A stretch of 60,939 bases of DNA from positions 1-60,939 of IMG/VR virus record IMGVR_UViG_3300027980_000037, one strand, 5' to 3'. Below are positions 1 to 8,298 of this stretch, piece after piece. The position numbers and the translations under genes are program-made. The stretch's first letter is position 1. Every line of letters begins with the position of its first letter. The notes below the pieces were generated by a model. That model was not told where the DNA came from and searched no databases. It worked only from the letters and a program-made list of their open reading frames with translations. This DNA is from a virus. Its lineage: Duplodnaviria; Caudoviricetes.

Positions 1-152
1 TTGTGTGAAATGTGCAATGTCGCACATTTGTTCTATTGGAGTAGAAGCATGACCACAATCACCAAACTCGACAAAAAATCCTGCAAAGCAATCCAGCAAC
101 CGATTGAAGATGCTGTCAATGCAGCCCTTGAGCCTTTCGGTCTGAAGGCGGT
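1..152. repeat. Terminal direct repeat / circular assembly overlap (copy 1)
   Basis: 1-152 equals 60788-60939 except one mismatch (A26 vs C60813). Confidence 0.95.
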
Positions 153-453
153 TATCGGTGGCGGTAGTTACAACGAAACCGAACTGAAAACCAAACTGAC
201 AATTTCAGTGACCGACACTGACGTTCTGGAAGCGCAGGAACGTGCAGACTTTGCACTTTACAGCCGCAGCTACAACGTCACGCCGGAAGACTATGGCACA
301 GTGTTCCAGTATCAGGGTAAAGACTACGCCATTATCGGCTTCAACCCGCGCAGCCCTAAGTATGGCGTGAAGGTTCGCCGGTTGCATGATGGTCAGGTGA
401 TGAAGTTCACCGAGTCTGCCCTGCGTCACTGCCCTAGCAGAAAAGCCGCCTAG
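49..453 (+). CDS. Hypothetical early protein
   Basis: GGAG RBS before ATG49; downstream of a TTGCAT-17-TATTGT promoter across the circular junction. Confidence 0.8.
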   Translation: MTTITKLDKKSCKAIQQPIEDAVNAALEPFGLKAVIGGGSYNETELKTKLTISVTDTDVLEAQERADFALYSRSYNVTPEDYGTVFQYQGKDYAIIGFNPRSPKYGVKVRRLHDGQVMKFTESALRHCPSRKAA

Positions 454-499
454 AGTGCAGCTTGTAGTGTCGGTTCGCCGGCACTATCAGGTGCGCTTT
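453..499 (+). promoter_or_regulatory. Long intergenic RNA hairpin (UUCG loop), possible RNase III/processing site
   Basis: TAGTGTCGG-TTCG-CCGGCACTA, extended by CTTG/CAGG and AGTGCA/TGCGCT; several G-U pairs; no U-tract directly after the core stem. Confidence 0.5.
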
Positions 500-527
500 T
501 GCATCGACAACAGAAGGAACAATTCTC

Positions 528-1487
528 ATGTCACATTTTACAGTTTTAGTAGTTGGTGATGATATCGACAAACAGCTTGAACCTTTCTTCGAGCAAGGTG
601 ATGAAGGCGACTACTTTATGGAGTTTGAACCTGAAGTAGAAAGCCGTGAAGAACTGATTGCCAGTTGGAAGCGTCATAACGCTGAAATTGAAGCCATTCC
701 AGCTCAGGAACGTTCCAGCTATCACCAGACCTATGACACGCCCGAAGAATACGCTGAAAAATATCACGGCTGGATTGAGCGTGATGGTCAGTGGGGCTAT
801 ATCAGCAACCCTCGCGCCAAGTGGGATTGGTATGTGGTTGGTGGTCGCTGGTCTGGCTCTCTGAAGTACAAAGAAGGCGGTGTCGGCACTATGGGGCATC
901 ATCGTGGTACTGGCGCGGAAATTGCCAAAATGAAAAATCCGGGCGATTGGGATGAAGAAACCAAGCGGCAGGTTGCTAACCGCCTGTGCGATTCCTGCAC
1001 TGTTGGTGATCTGGATATTGAAGGCATGAAGCAGGAAGCTATCGAAGCCGCCAACGACAAGTATGAATCTTTTGAGGCCGCTGTCGGTCTGGAAGGCGCA
1101 CCGCTTCCGTTTTCAGAGTTCCGCAAAGACTACCCTGATGGTGACGATGGTCTGAAAGCCGCCCGTGATTCTTACGGTTCTATCGAGTGGGTTAAGAAAT
1201 ACGAAGCAGCACAAAAAGAAGACAAAGTGCCGTTTTTGTTTTTAGGTGATGCGGTCGAATTTTTCTGCTGCCATAACGGCGGGCGTGAAGAATTTGTTCG
1301 CCGCGCTGCTGCCGAATCCTTCAGCACCTACGCTGTTCTGAAGGACGATGTGTGGTACGAAAAAGGTGAAATGGGCTGGTTCGGAATCAGCACCAACGAA
1401 GTAGAAGATTGGCAGTCCGAGTTTTTAGACTTGGTAGGAACGTTGCCAGCCGATACGACAATTACTGTTGTCGATTGCCACATTTAG
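528..1487 (+). CDS. Conserved phage hypothetical protein (MSHFTVLV...KWDWY..GGRW...VDCH type)
   Basis: 319-aa ORF, AAGGA RBS, motif pattern typical of a widespread phage family. Confidence 0.8.
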   Translation: MSHFTVLVVGDDIDKQLEPFFEQGDEGDYFMEFEPEVESREELIASWKRHNAEIEAIPAQERSSYHQTYDTPEEYAEKYHGWIERDGQWGYISNPRAKWDWYVVGGRWSGSLKYKEGGVGTMGHHRGTGAEIAKMKNPGDWDEETKRQVANRLCDSCTVGDLDIEGMKQEAIEAANDKYESFEAAVGLEGAPLPFSEFRKDYPDGDDGLKAARDSYGSIEWVKKYEAAQKEDKVPFLFLGDAVEFFCCHNGGREEFVRRAAAESFSTYAVLKDDVWYEKGEMGWFGISTNEVEDWQSEFLDLVGTLPADTTITVVDCHI

Positions 1488-1532
1488 TGCGCAGTGTGTA
1501 GCGTCCTACGGGGCGCTATGCAGTACGTTCTA
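1485..1532 (+). promoter_or_regulatory. Long intergenic RNA hairpin (UACG loop), possible RNase III/processing site
   Basis: TGTGTAGCGTCC-TACG-GGGCGCTATGCA; same position and architecture as 453-499. Confidence 0.5.
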
Positions 1533-1555
1533 AACCACAAACTAGGAGAAGTCTC

Positions 1556-2392
1556 ATGTGTGACCGCGAAAAAAACGGCTATCACGTTATCGAGAGCCAC
1601 CAAGCCGGCAGACATCTTATCGACATCATTGATGATGATGCCGGTAGCGTCGAATGCCCGTTAGATTGGGAAGATTCAGACAGCCTGATATTTGCCTCAT
1701 TCGAGAAGCGCAGTGTGCTGTCACAGTACAACCCGTTCACCAGCACAAACGAAGTACCAGGCTACGCTAAAAAGCATGGCATGACGGTTATCAGCCTGTT
1801 CAGGTATGAGCATGGCTTGGTTATGTATGCAGCCGGCGAGAGAAACCCGTTTGCCTGTAATTTTGACTCAGGCTGTGTCGGTTGGATTCTGATTAAGGAA
1901 GAAGATTTTCTGAAGCCAGCCAATGAAGTAGCTGAAGGCATCTGCCAGACAATCACCGATTGGTGCAACGGCTCGATCTACGGAATGATTACCTACGAGA
2001 AGGGTGAAGACGGTAGCTGGGTGGATTGTCAGGAAGATGTGTGGGGCTATATCGGTATCGACGGTATCTCTACCGAAGCAGAATCTTCTGTTCAGACCTA
2101 CGACGCTAAAGACCGGGCTGTTGCGCTTCAAAACTGGTTCGCATTCGGTACACCGGCTGGCATTCCATTCGGCCCACATAAACCATTCTGCACAGAATGC
2201 GGAAGCGATAGTGTTGTTGTTGACTCTACTTCTGAGTGGGATGCAGAGAAGGAGATATTCGTTCACTGCTCAGACTTCGATCACTGGTGGTGTGGTAACT
2301 GCAATGCTGATGGCAAGCGGCTGGTTGAATTCATGTATCAGTATCAAGCCGAACTAATTAAGGAAAAATGGGAGCATGGCAATGAACATTGA
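1556..2392 (+). CDS. Hypothetical early protein with C-terminal Zn ribbon
   Basis: AGGAG RBS; YEHG...DSGCVGW...WGYIG motifs seen in phage early proteins; CTEC...CGNC. Confidence 0.75.
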   Translation: MCDREKNGYHVIESHQAGRHLIDIIDDDAGSVECPLDWEDSDSLIFASFEKRSVLSQYNPFTSTNEVPGYAKKHGMTVISLFRYEHGLVMYAAGERNPFACNFDSGCVGWILIKEEDFLKPANEVAEGICQTITDWCNGSIYGMITYEKGEDGSWVDCQEDVWGYIGIDGISTEAESSVQTYDAKDRAVALQNWFAFGTPAGIPFGPHKPFCTECGSDSVVVDSTSEWDAEKEIFVHCSDFDHWWCGNCNADGKRLVEFMYQYQAELIKEKWEHGNEH

Positions 2393-2813
2393 TGGATTCT
2401 ATAGAAAGAAATCAAAACCCAAAAAAGGCGTACCTACAACCTACGAAGGCATGACCAATAGAAGGGCTAGGTGGTGGATTGCTAGAGCAATCAAAATAAA
2501 ATCCTTACAGAAAAGCATTAATGAAGAACTAAAGGAGTGCGCTGTAGCTCTTGGAACTGGTATTCATCGTTCACGCGACCATGCTGGTATTGCTGTTCAG
2601 GTATCACGAACAGGAAGGCGTAAAGTAAAAGGCGCTGTTGATTATAAGTCTGCTTTCAATGAGCTTTGTGAAAGAAGTCAGCTTACTGATTACAGCAAGG
2701 AACGGCTAATGGAAAAACACCGTAAACCTGACCGCATTAACCACCCTACAAAATGTTTTTCTATTTCTGTTGGTGGAGATAGTGCAAAAAATCCGATTAG
2801 TTTGGCGGTGTGA
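2376..2813 (+). CDS. Hypothetical basic protein
   Basis: 145-aa ORF overlapping neighbours, K/R-rich. Confidence 0.65.
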   Translation: MAMNIDGFYRKKSKPKKGVPTTYEGMTNRRARWWIARAIKIKSLQKSINEELKECAVALGTGIHRSRDHAGIAVQVSRTGRRKVKGAVDYKSAFNELCERSQLTDYSKERLMEKHRKPDRINHPTKCFSISVGGDSAKNPISLAV

Positions 2814-2814
2814 T

Positions 2815-3519
2815 ATGAACAACATTAAACCTACGCTCGAAAATGTAATGCCGGCACTGGAAGATTGGCTGAACGATAACTTTCTTGGTGGCGCACAGCG
2901 AGACAACTGGAAGAACATCACCGAAGACAACTATCTTGGTGTGATTCTCTATAAGCCGACAGCGCGTGAATTCATGGTTGATTGTAGTAGTCGCGGCTTA
3001 ATCTATGTTGACGTTCTATGGCCTTTTTACAATGGCTGGAACGGCAAACAGATTGTTCGTCCAGAAGACTTGTTCGGCAGTAAGCACAGTGTCAAGGAAC
3101 GCGCCAGCACCAGCAAAACACGCTTCGATGGTGTTGGTATCTCCTGTGTCGGTCAGGCTGTCAAAAAGGTATACAACGCCACCTTCGACGATTGGAACTT
3201 ACTGAACCGTGAAGCAGCCAAGCGATGCCTGTTAGAGCGTCAGGGTGATGCTCTGGCTCAGTCGTTAGCCAGCACGATAGAAACCAGCGGGTCGCCTCGC
3301 CGGTTCAATGGTGGTGAGTGGCGCGTAGATATCTGCGATATTCCGGGCGCTAGTGGATCGCTAACCGTCCGTAACGCCGACCACATCGAGTTCTCTGGTT
3401 GGATGGATGAAACGGTAGCCCGTGAGTTTGTAGGGCTTCTGATGCGGATTAAAGCCGGCGAACTACAGAATCCTAAACCCGAGGGTGATTCGCACCTTCA
3501 GCAGAGTATGGAGCTATAG
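2815..3519 (+). CDS. Hypothetical protein
   Basis: ATG2815 immediately follows the previous stop; long ORF. Confidence 0.7.
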   Translation: MNNIKPTLENVMPALEDWLNDNFLGGAQRDNWKNITEDNYLGVILYKPTAREFMVDCSSRGLIYVDVLWPFYNGWNGKQIVRPEDLFGSKHSVKERASTSKTRFDGVGISCVGQAVKKVYNATFDDWNLLNREAAKRCLLERQGDALAQSLASTIETSGSPRRFNGGEWRVDICDIPGASGSLTVRNADHIEFSGWMDETVAREFVGLLMRIKAGELQNPKPEGDSHLQQSMEL

Positions 3520-3600
3520 ATGAAAACTAGTATCAAGTGGTTCAATGTTTTTGTATCAATCGCAATCGGTGTGACCTTCATTGTTTTTATTATTCCATGA
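3520..3600 (+). CDS. 26-aa single-TM micropeptide MKTSIKWFNVFVSIAIGVTFIVFIIP
   Basis: GGAG RBS, ATG directly after upstream stop, hydrophobic; below the ORF-track size cut-off. Confidence 0.6.
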   Translation: MKTSIKWFNVFVSIAIGVTFIVFIIP

Positions 3601-3803
3601 TGGCGACAACTCCGAGGGGGCGGCTGCGGAGTGTCCTCTTGTCGGTAAATCTTCATGCAAGAAACCGGCGCAATAGACCAAGCCTTTATGCGGGTCGCCA
3701 TTTTTCCTACCTGGAAAACATGAGCCGTTGTAAATAAAGGTAAGCAGCCATAATGATCTGGCTGATGCTCCGAGACTAAGCCGGCTTTCGAGCCGGCTTT
3801 TTT
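3600..3803 (+). ncRNA. Candidate structured ncRNA with two potential pseudoknots
   Basis: Several complementary segments (see findings); ends at an intrinsic terminator. Confidence 0.45.
3778..3803 (+). terminator. Rho-independent terminator
   Basis: AAGCCGGCT-TTCG-AGCCGGCTT followed by T run. Confidence 0.85.
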
Positions 3804-3885
3804 ATGTGCGATATGTTGCGCAAACCGGAAAACCGCCACCAAGTCATGCGGCTTTCAGTCTGGTTGTGTTAAGCAGAATCAGCCG

Positions 3886-3924
3886 TAAGTCTTTGATTTA
3901 GGTCGCTATGTTATAATGTGTATA
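3886..3924 (+). promoter_or_regulatory. IHF consensus site, extended -10 promoter (TGtTATAAT) and operator-like AATGTGTATA
   Basis: 3886-3898 reverse complement AATCAAAGACTTA fits WATCAANNNNTTR; TATAAT at 3912-3917. Confidence 0.6.
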
Positions 3925-3969
3925 CCAGTTAACGCTGGTGTGTTCTTTAACAATCTATGGAGACTACTT

Positions 3970-4488
3970 ATGAGTCATGCAGACTATAAGCCTGTGCGCA
4001 AAGCACTGCCCGAAACACTTCCAGCTATCACTAGAGTGGAAGCAGAAAAAGCAGTTAAGCGGCTGTACCGGAAGTTCGGCAAGCTGGACAACGGATATCA
4101 AATGACACGATACACTTGGTCACGCGGTGTTCGCCGGTGCTGGATATCAACCAAACCAACATCAGGCCATTGGAAGGGTTGGGGAAGATTGATACACGAT
4201 GTATCACACAACATCTTTGCCCGTACTTATCCAAACAAACTGCCACATGACCCGCTGCACGTTCATTACGAAACGAAGATCGCAGAGTACGTGGCTGGTA
4301 CAGATTGGTTGGATGGTGGTCTAAAGCCCAAAGTGAAACCGAAGCCGACTAAGGAAGAAAAACGGCTTGCAGAGATCGTCAGAACGAAGGCGGCACTGAA
4401 ACGGTGGAACACCAAGCAAAGCAGGGCGCAGACCGCTATCAAAAAGTACAACACCAAACTGAAACGGCTCGAAGCCGCAGGAGTGTGA
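3970..4488 (+). CDS. Hypothetical basic protein (HDxxH motif, coiled-coil C-terminus)
   Basis: TATGGAGACT RBS before ATG3970. Confidence 0.75.
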   Translation: MSHADYKPVRKALPETLPAITRVEAEKAVKRLYRKFGKLDNGYQMTRYTWSRGVRRCWISTKPTSGHWKGWGRLIHDVSHNIFARTYPNKLPHDPLHVHYETKIAEYVAGTDWLDGGLKPKVKPKPTKEEKRLAEIVRTKAALKRWNTKQSRAQTAIKKYNTKLKRLEAAGV

Positions 4489-4489
4489 T

Positions 4490-4633
4490 ATGGAACAGGC
4501 TATGACACCTAGAGTGAAGGGTATCTTTCTGAAGAAGATCGAGCAGAAGCGCAAGCAGGGCGTTTCGGAAGCCAAAATAGAGAAGTGGCGAAAGGCTTGG
4601 TTTTATGCCGGCAGAGTGATACAAAGTAAGTAA
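4490..4633 (+). CDS. 47-aa hypothetical protein
   Basis: AGGAG RBS; MEQAMTPRVKGIFLKK...; ends before terminator. Confidence 0.55.
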   Translation: MEQAMTPRVKGIFLKKIEQKRKQGVSEAKIEKWRKAWFYAGRVIQSK

Positions 4634-4654
4634 CACCTTCCCCCTGTTTTATTT

Positions 4655-4678
4655 GCCCGCCTTGTGCGGGCTTTTTTT
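4655..4678 (+). terminator. Rho-independent terminator between convergent operons
   Basis: GCCCGC-CTTGT-GCGGGC followed by T7. Confidence 0.85.
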
Positions 4679-5045
4679 ATGCCGGGTCTATCAGAATTTC
4701 AGTGCCATGAGCCGTTGCGGTTCGGGTAACGTGCTGGAAATACTTTCGTTCAACAATGTGTTCGCTGGTATCGTCTTCGAGTATGCCGGCACGAACCAGA
4801 CCGTCCTGCAGCGCCTTGCATCCACCCCAAAAGTTATCTTCGTCGAGTATCTTAGCCGGCGCGTGAGTCGTGATCGTGATTCTGGCTCGCTTGAGTTTCG
4901 GCTGTCCTGTGCCGGCTTCGAGTGCAGCCAGGTACACCTGTTCATACCATGACTTTCGGTACGTCATTTGTTTGCGCCAGTGCATACGCATCAGCGCATT
5001 CATTGATTTAGGGTATTTCCCACGCACGTACAGTCGTAAAGTCAT
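4677..5045 (-). CDS. RusA-like Holliday junction resolvase
   Basis: PKSMN...DEDN....K...DGLV.AGILEDD motif. Confidence 0.75.
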   Translation of the reverse strand: MTLRLYVRGKYPKSMNALMRMHWRKQMTYRKSWYEQVYLAALEAGTGQPKLKRARITITTHAPAKILDEDNFWGGCKALQDGLVRAGILEDDTSEHIVERKYFQHVTRTATAHGTEILIDPA

Positions 5046-5382
5046 GTTCTAGTCCTGCCTTTTCAAATACATTGATGTCGGTTAGGTGGCATACCCATTC
5101 GAGCATTATCACCTGAGATTGATGCAGCGATTCCCATTCCCATACACCGCCGGCATAGGTATCGAGTCCGTAATGACCTTGATGCAGTTCTTTGGATAGC
5201 GGGATCACCAGCCAGTGATTCTGGCGTTGACCCATGCCCGGATTAGCGGCCCGACCAAAGGTATCAATGATCGAGCCGCCGTGACAATGAGCTATGGTTG
5301 CCGGCGCACCGGTTAGAAGGCAATTCAACTGTGCAACTGCATCCCAATGGCGCTTTTGTGCAGCGTCAGGGCTACGCGGCAT
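5008..5382 (-). CDS. Ref/DUF968-like nuclease
   Basis: C..TG...AHCH...MGQR...IPL..LHQG..G pattern; some Zn-binding Cys replaced. Confidence 0.6.
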   Translation of the reverse strand: MPRSPDAAQKRHWDAVAQLNCLLTGAPATIAHCHGGSIIDTFGRAANPGMGQRQNHWLVIPLSKELHQGHYGLDTYAGGVWEWESLHQSQVIMLEWVCHLTDINVFEKAGLEHDFTTVRAWEIP

Positions 5383-5812
5383 GGCGTAGGGTATTGGTGA
5401 CTAGTTCCTGAGCCTTGATGTAGCTGGACTCCTGATAGGAGCCGCCAGCTAACAGAAGGTCTGCACCGGCTTCAGTGTACTCATTAGCAACCAGAAACAC
5501 GCGCCAGACAATCTGGAAATCGTCTTTGTGTTCCATTTCCAGCCGGATGCGTATGAAGGTCTTGGTTTCCAAATCCTGCTTTATCGGCATCTTGGTCTGG
5601 TCAAAGCCATTACACGCCATTGTGTAGACCGCTTGAGCCTCACCGTCGCCATATTCCTTGCGGATTTCTTCGACAGACTTGCCCCAATACTTATTCACCT
5701 GGACAGGGGAAAGCACCGGCAAATCCCAGCAATACTCTGGATGCCGTACTTTGTTCCGGTCTATCTCAACCGTAACTTCCTGTTCGTCGATGAAGTACAT
5801 ATCGTTAGCCAT
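5372..5812 (-). CDS. Hypothetical protein
   Basis: 146-aa ORF in coupled operon. Confidence 0.65.
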   Translation of the reverse strand: MANDMYFIDEQEVTVEIDRNKVRHPEYCWDLPVLSPVQVNKYWGKSVEEIRKEYGDGEAQAVYTMACNGFDQTKMPIKQDLETKTFIRIRLEMEHKDDFQIVWRVFLVANEYTEAGADLLLAGGSYQESSYIKAQELVTNTLRHAA

Positions 5813-6398
5813 TGATTTCTGTCTTCTCTACAGATCTCGCCATGAATTGTGGACAACTGTAACTGAAGGTGCTATCGCCTTCAACTGCAACCCTTACAGC
5901 CATAGCCGCAGACTGCACAGCTTCCTTGTACGTGTTCTCTGCAGTTTCTTCGCCGTACTCATGCTCTAGCATGGCTTTGTTTAGCTCGCCGGCTTCTTCG
6001 TTGAACGCTGTTAGCTGGTGTTTATTGTCTGGAAACTTTGACCGGGCTTTCACTAATTCGTTCTTAACGTGCTGCAAAAAACGATCATCCGGCGACATCC
6101 TGCAAATAACCATTTCTTCACCACCCAGCTCGAAGGCTTGCCAAAGAATCAGGGCTACATCGTGAGATAGGTGGTCAGTACCTTCGTGCTTCAGTGCTTC
6201 TGAAATAATCTTCTCAAGTTTCCTGATAGTCTCAAACTGGCTGTTTATCTTGTCGTGCAAACGCTGGTCTTTCTTACCCTTTAGCACATTCTTCAGCTTT
6301 ATATTTTCGAGCGTCAGGCGGTTCAGCTTCGCGCCAGCGATATTCAGTTTGCGTCGGAGTACGGCAACAATGCTCAGTGGCTGTTTGTTCTGTGTCAT
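5805..6398 (-). CDS. Protein with C-terminal MazG-like nucleotide pyrophosphatase domain
   Basis: EEAGELNKA...KEAVQSAAMA.R motif. Confidence 0.65.
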   Translation of the reverse strand: MTQNKQPLSIVAVLRRKLNIAGAKLNRLTLENIKLKNVLKGKKDQRLHDKINSQFETIRKLEKIISEALKHEGTDHLSHDVALILWQAFELGGEEMVICRMSPDDRFLQHVKNELVKARSKFPDNKHQLTAFNEEAGELNKAMLEHEYGEETAENTYKEAVQSAAMAVRVAVEGDSTFSYSCPQFMARSVEKTEING

Positions 6399-6547
6399 TT
6401 TCTTATATCTCTGTTTTGGAATTGAATGCCGCGCTTCGCGGGCCTGTTAGTTTTAAGTTCATCTGGTACTTTCTTTCCGGTTTCTTTTTCCCACCTTTCC
6501 CACCAGTTTGAACGATACGGAACTACCGGTCGGTATCCTTTCGTCAT
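6395..6547 (-). CDS. 50-aa hypothetical protein (MTKGYRPVVPY...)
   Basis: ATGA overlaps with both neighbours; fills the gap exactly. Confidence 0.6.
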   Translation of the reverse strand: MTKGYRPVVPYRSNWWERWEKETGKKVPDELKTNRPAKRGIQFQNRDIRK

Positions 6548-6846
6548 TCAGTGATATCCCAAGTCTTGAAACGAATACCGAAGTTAACCTGATCGACATA
6601 AAGCTCAGGATCGTCGTTAAACGGTTCGCCATTCTTTAGGTGGCTGATGTGTTCATACTCGACAAAGGTGTTCCACTTCATGTCCTGACGAACACGCAGC
6701 GTGAGTGTCGGGTTGTCACCACCATAGTCAGCAAACGTGCTACTTCCTACTTTGTGACCAACAGCCAGGTCAATTACCGGCGAACAAGCGCAACAGGTGA
6801 GTACCACAAAAACCAGAAAGTAGAATTTAATAGCTTCTCTGTTCAT
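6544..6846 (-). CDS. Putative exported/outer-membrane beta-strand protein
   Basis: Hydrophobic signal with Cys, amphipathic strands, EYEHISH, C-terminal NFGIRF. Confidence 0.55.
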   Translation of the reverse strand: MNREAIKFYFLVFVVLTCCACSPVIDLAVGHKVGSSTFADYGGDNPTLTLRVRQDMKWNTFVEYEHISHLKNGEPFNDDPELYVDQVNFGIRFKTWDITE

Positions 6847-6848
6847 AG

Positions 6849-7295
6849 CTAATTCCAAAGTTCGTCAAAATGAAAGCCTTCAACAAAGTTCTTAGTGACC
6901 AGCTTTCCATTCTTATCAACAAAGTAGAGCGTCGGCACATCAGCTTCTTCATATCGGCTGTATCCAATGAAACCTATATCTTCAACATGAGGCGCTATAA
7001 ACTCGAAGAATTCTTCTATCTCGCCGTTGTAGTTTTTGATATCGCCTTTACCAAGCAATGAATAGCTTCCGCTAATATCATCAAAAGTGAAGTTCCGGCA
7101 GCTGGTGTTGGGCGTGTAGTAGCTGCCATCGCTAAACAAATAGTTCCAACGCCCCGGCTTATCTGCCAGAGCCGTGTCGTGTTCATCGTCGGAAATAGGA
7201 ACAAAAAAACACATAGCCTTCAGTGTGTCGATAACGTCTTCCGGCGTGTTTTGTTTTAGGTCAACATTGACAAAGATTTCTGTGTACATACCCAT
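6849..7295 (-). CDS. Conserved phage hypothetical protein (MGMYTE...KNY..EIE.F...GY.RYE)
   Basis: Motif pattern; coupled to upstream stop. Confidence 0.7.
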   Translation of the reverse strand: MGMYTEIFVNVDLKQNTPEDVIDTLKAMCFFVPISDDEHDTALADKPGRWNYLFSDGSYYTPNTSCRNFTFDDISGSYSLLGKGDIKNYNGEIEEFFEFIAPHVEDIGFIGYSRYEEADVPTLYFVDKNGKLVTKNFVEGFHFDELWN

Positions 7296-7720
7296 TACGG
7301 CGCTTCCAGTATTGGTTTTCTTGAACTGGCGTATGTTGCTTTGTCGGCAAAATGACGTACAGCATGGTAGGTATACCAAGCACGGAACTTGCTCATTCCG
7401 TTTGCCCGGTTTATTTCACGGAACAGCTTATCTGCTGCTGACTTTGAATCCGGCGGGATCTCGCGCTCACGCATCAACTGGTACAGAGCATCGTGAACCA
7501 GTGAGCCGGTCAGAATGTCGGGAGTGTCTTTGCACGGCCCGCTTGCACCATCCCACGCATAGCCGGCACGAATGCACAGAGTGCCGTTATCATGCAGCTC
7601 GATAAATTCTGTGTTTATATGAGTGTTGGTCAACCCTTCGAGCAACGGGTGCTGAAACAGCACCCATTCCTGTAGCTGGTACTTATACCCGTTCTTGTAC
7701 TTTATTGATATTGGTGTCAC
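7295..7720 (-). CDS. DUF1353-like protein
   Basis: GYAWDGAS...SLVHDALY...ADKLF...RAW..Y.AVR.F. Confidence 0.7.
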   Translation of the reverse strand: MTPISIKYKNGYKYQLQEWVLFQHPLLEGLTNTHINTEFIELHDNGTLCIRAGYAWDGASGPCKDTPDILTGSLVHDALYQLMREREIPPDSKSAADKLFREINRANGMSKFRAWYTYHAVRHFADKATYASSRKPILEAP

Positions 7721-8006
7721 GTTCCTTCTCCTGTTTAAATAATTCTTCGTCACCGTCGATTCTCATGAGGTTTATTTCGGGGCAGTAAGGCAAATACTCG
7801 TCTGTTCCTTTTGCTATTTCTGTTGACTTAAAAAGAGGAATCTCTTTCCATAGTATCGGCGGGTCTACTCTCCAAATCTTATCGGCAAGAAGAAACCTAT
7901 CAGGCACATTACCTAGATACTCAATAGCCGTTACACTCTTTCCGTTGTTGCCGCACACTCCATCGTTGATAACAATGCAAAGGCATCCGGGTTCAATCGG
8001 TTTCAT
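7683..8006 (-). CDS. Hypothetical protein
   Basis: 107-aa ORF in operon. Confidence 0.65.
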   Translation of the reverse strand: MKPIEPGCLCIVINDGVCGNNGKSVTAIEYLGNVPDRFLLADKIWRVDPPILWKEIPLFKSTEIAKGTDEYLPYCPEINLMRIDGDEELFKQEKERDTNINKVQERV

Positions 8007-8298
8007 CTTTATTCACCAAAGTTAACCGGCGTTCAAGCTCTTTTATTTTGTCGCGCTGCCTTGCTGTTTTTTCTTCTAATAGGCGGTTTTTTTCTGACAG
8101 GCTTGTGACATGATCTTCTTCGCCGGTCTTAGGCTCAAACAGATTACGCAATGAATCGTCTTGGATGCACCGCGCACCGGTATTGAAATATCCATAACCA
8201 TCATTCTGTGTATAAAAAGCTGCTTTAAGGCACATTACCTCACCTTTTGTGCGGTAGTCCTGACCCCAATGGGCGCACTGTTTGCATATAGAACTCAT
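7993..8298 (-). CDS. Hypothetical Cys-containing protein
   Basis: CxxC N-terminus, coiled-coil C-terminus. Confidence 0.6.
   Translation of the reverse strand: MSSICKQCAHWGQDYRTKGEVMCLKAAFYTQNDGYGYFNTGARCIQDDSLRNLFEPKTGEEDHVTSLSEKNRLLEEKTARQRDKIKELERRLTLVNKDETD

Noticed and set aside
3600-3775. tmRNA, hammerhead or twister ribozyme
   Set aside because: No tRNA-like ends or AA-stop tag; CTGATGC lacks the hammerhead CUGANGA/GAAA core; twister consensus not met. Kept as an unassigned RNA.
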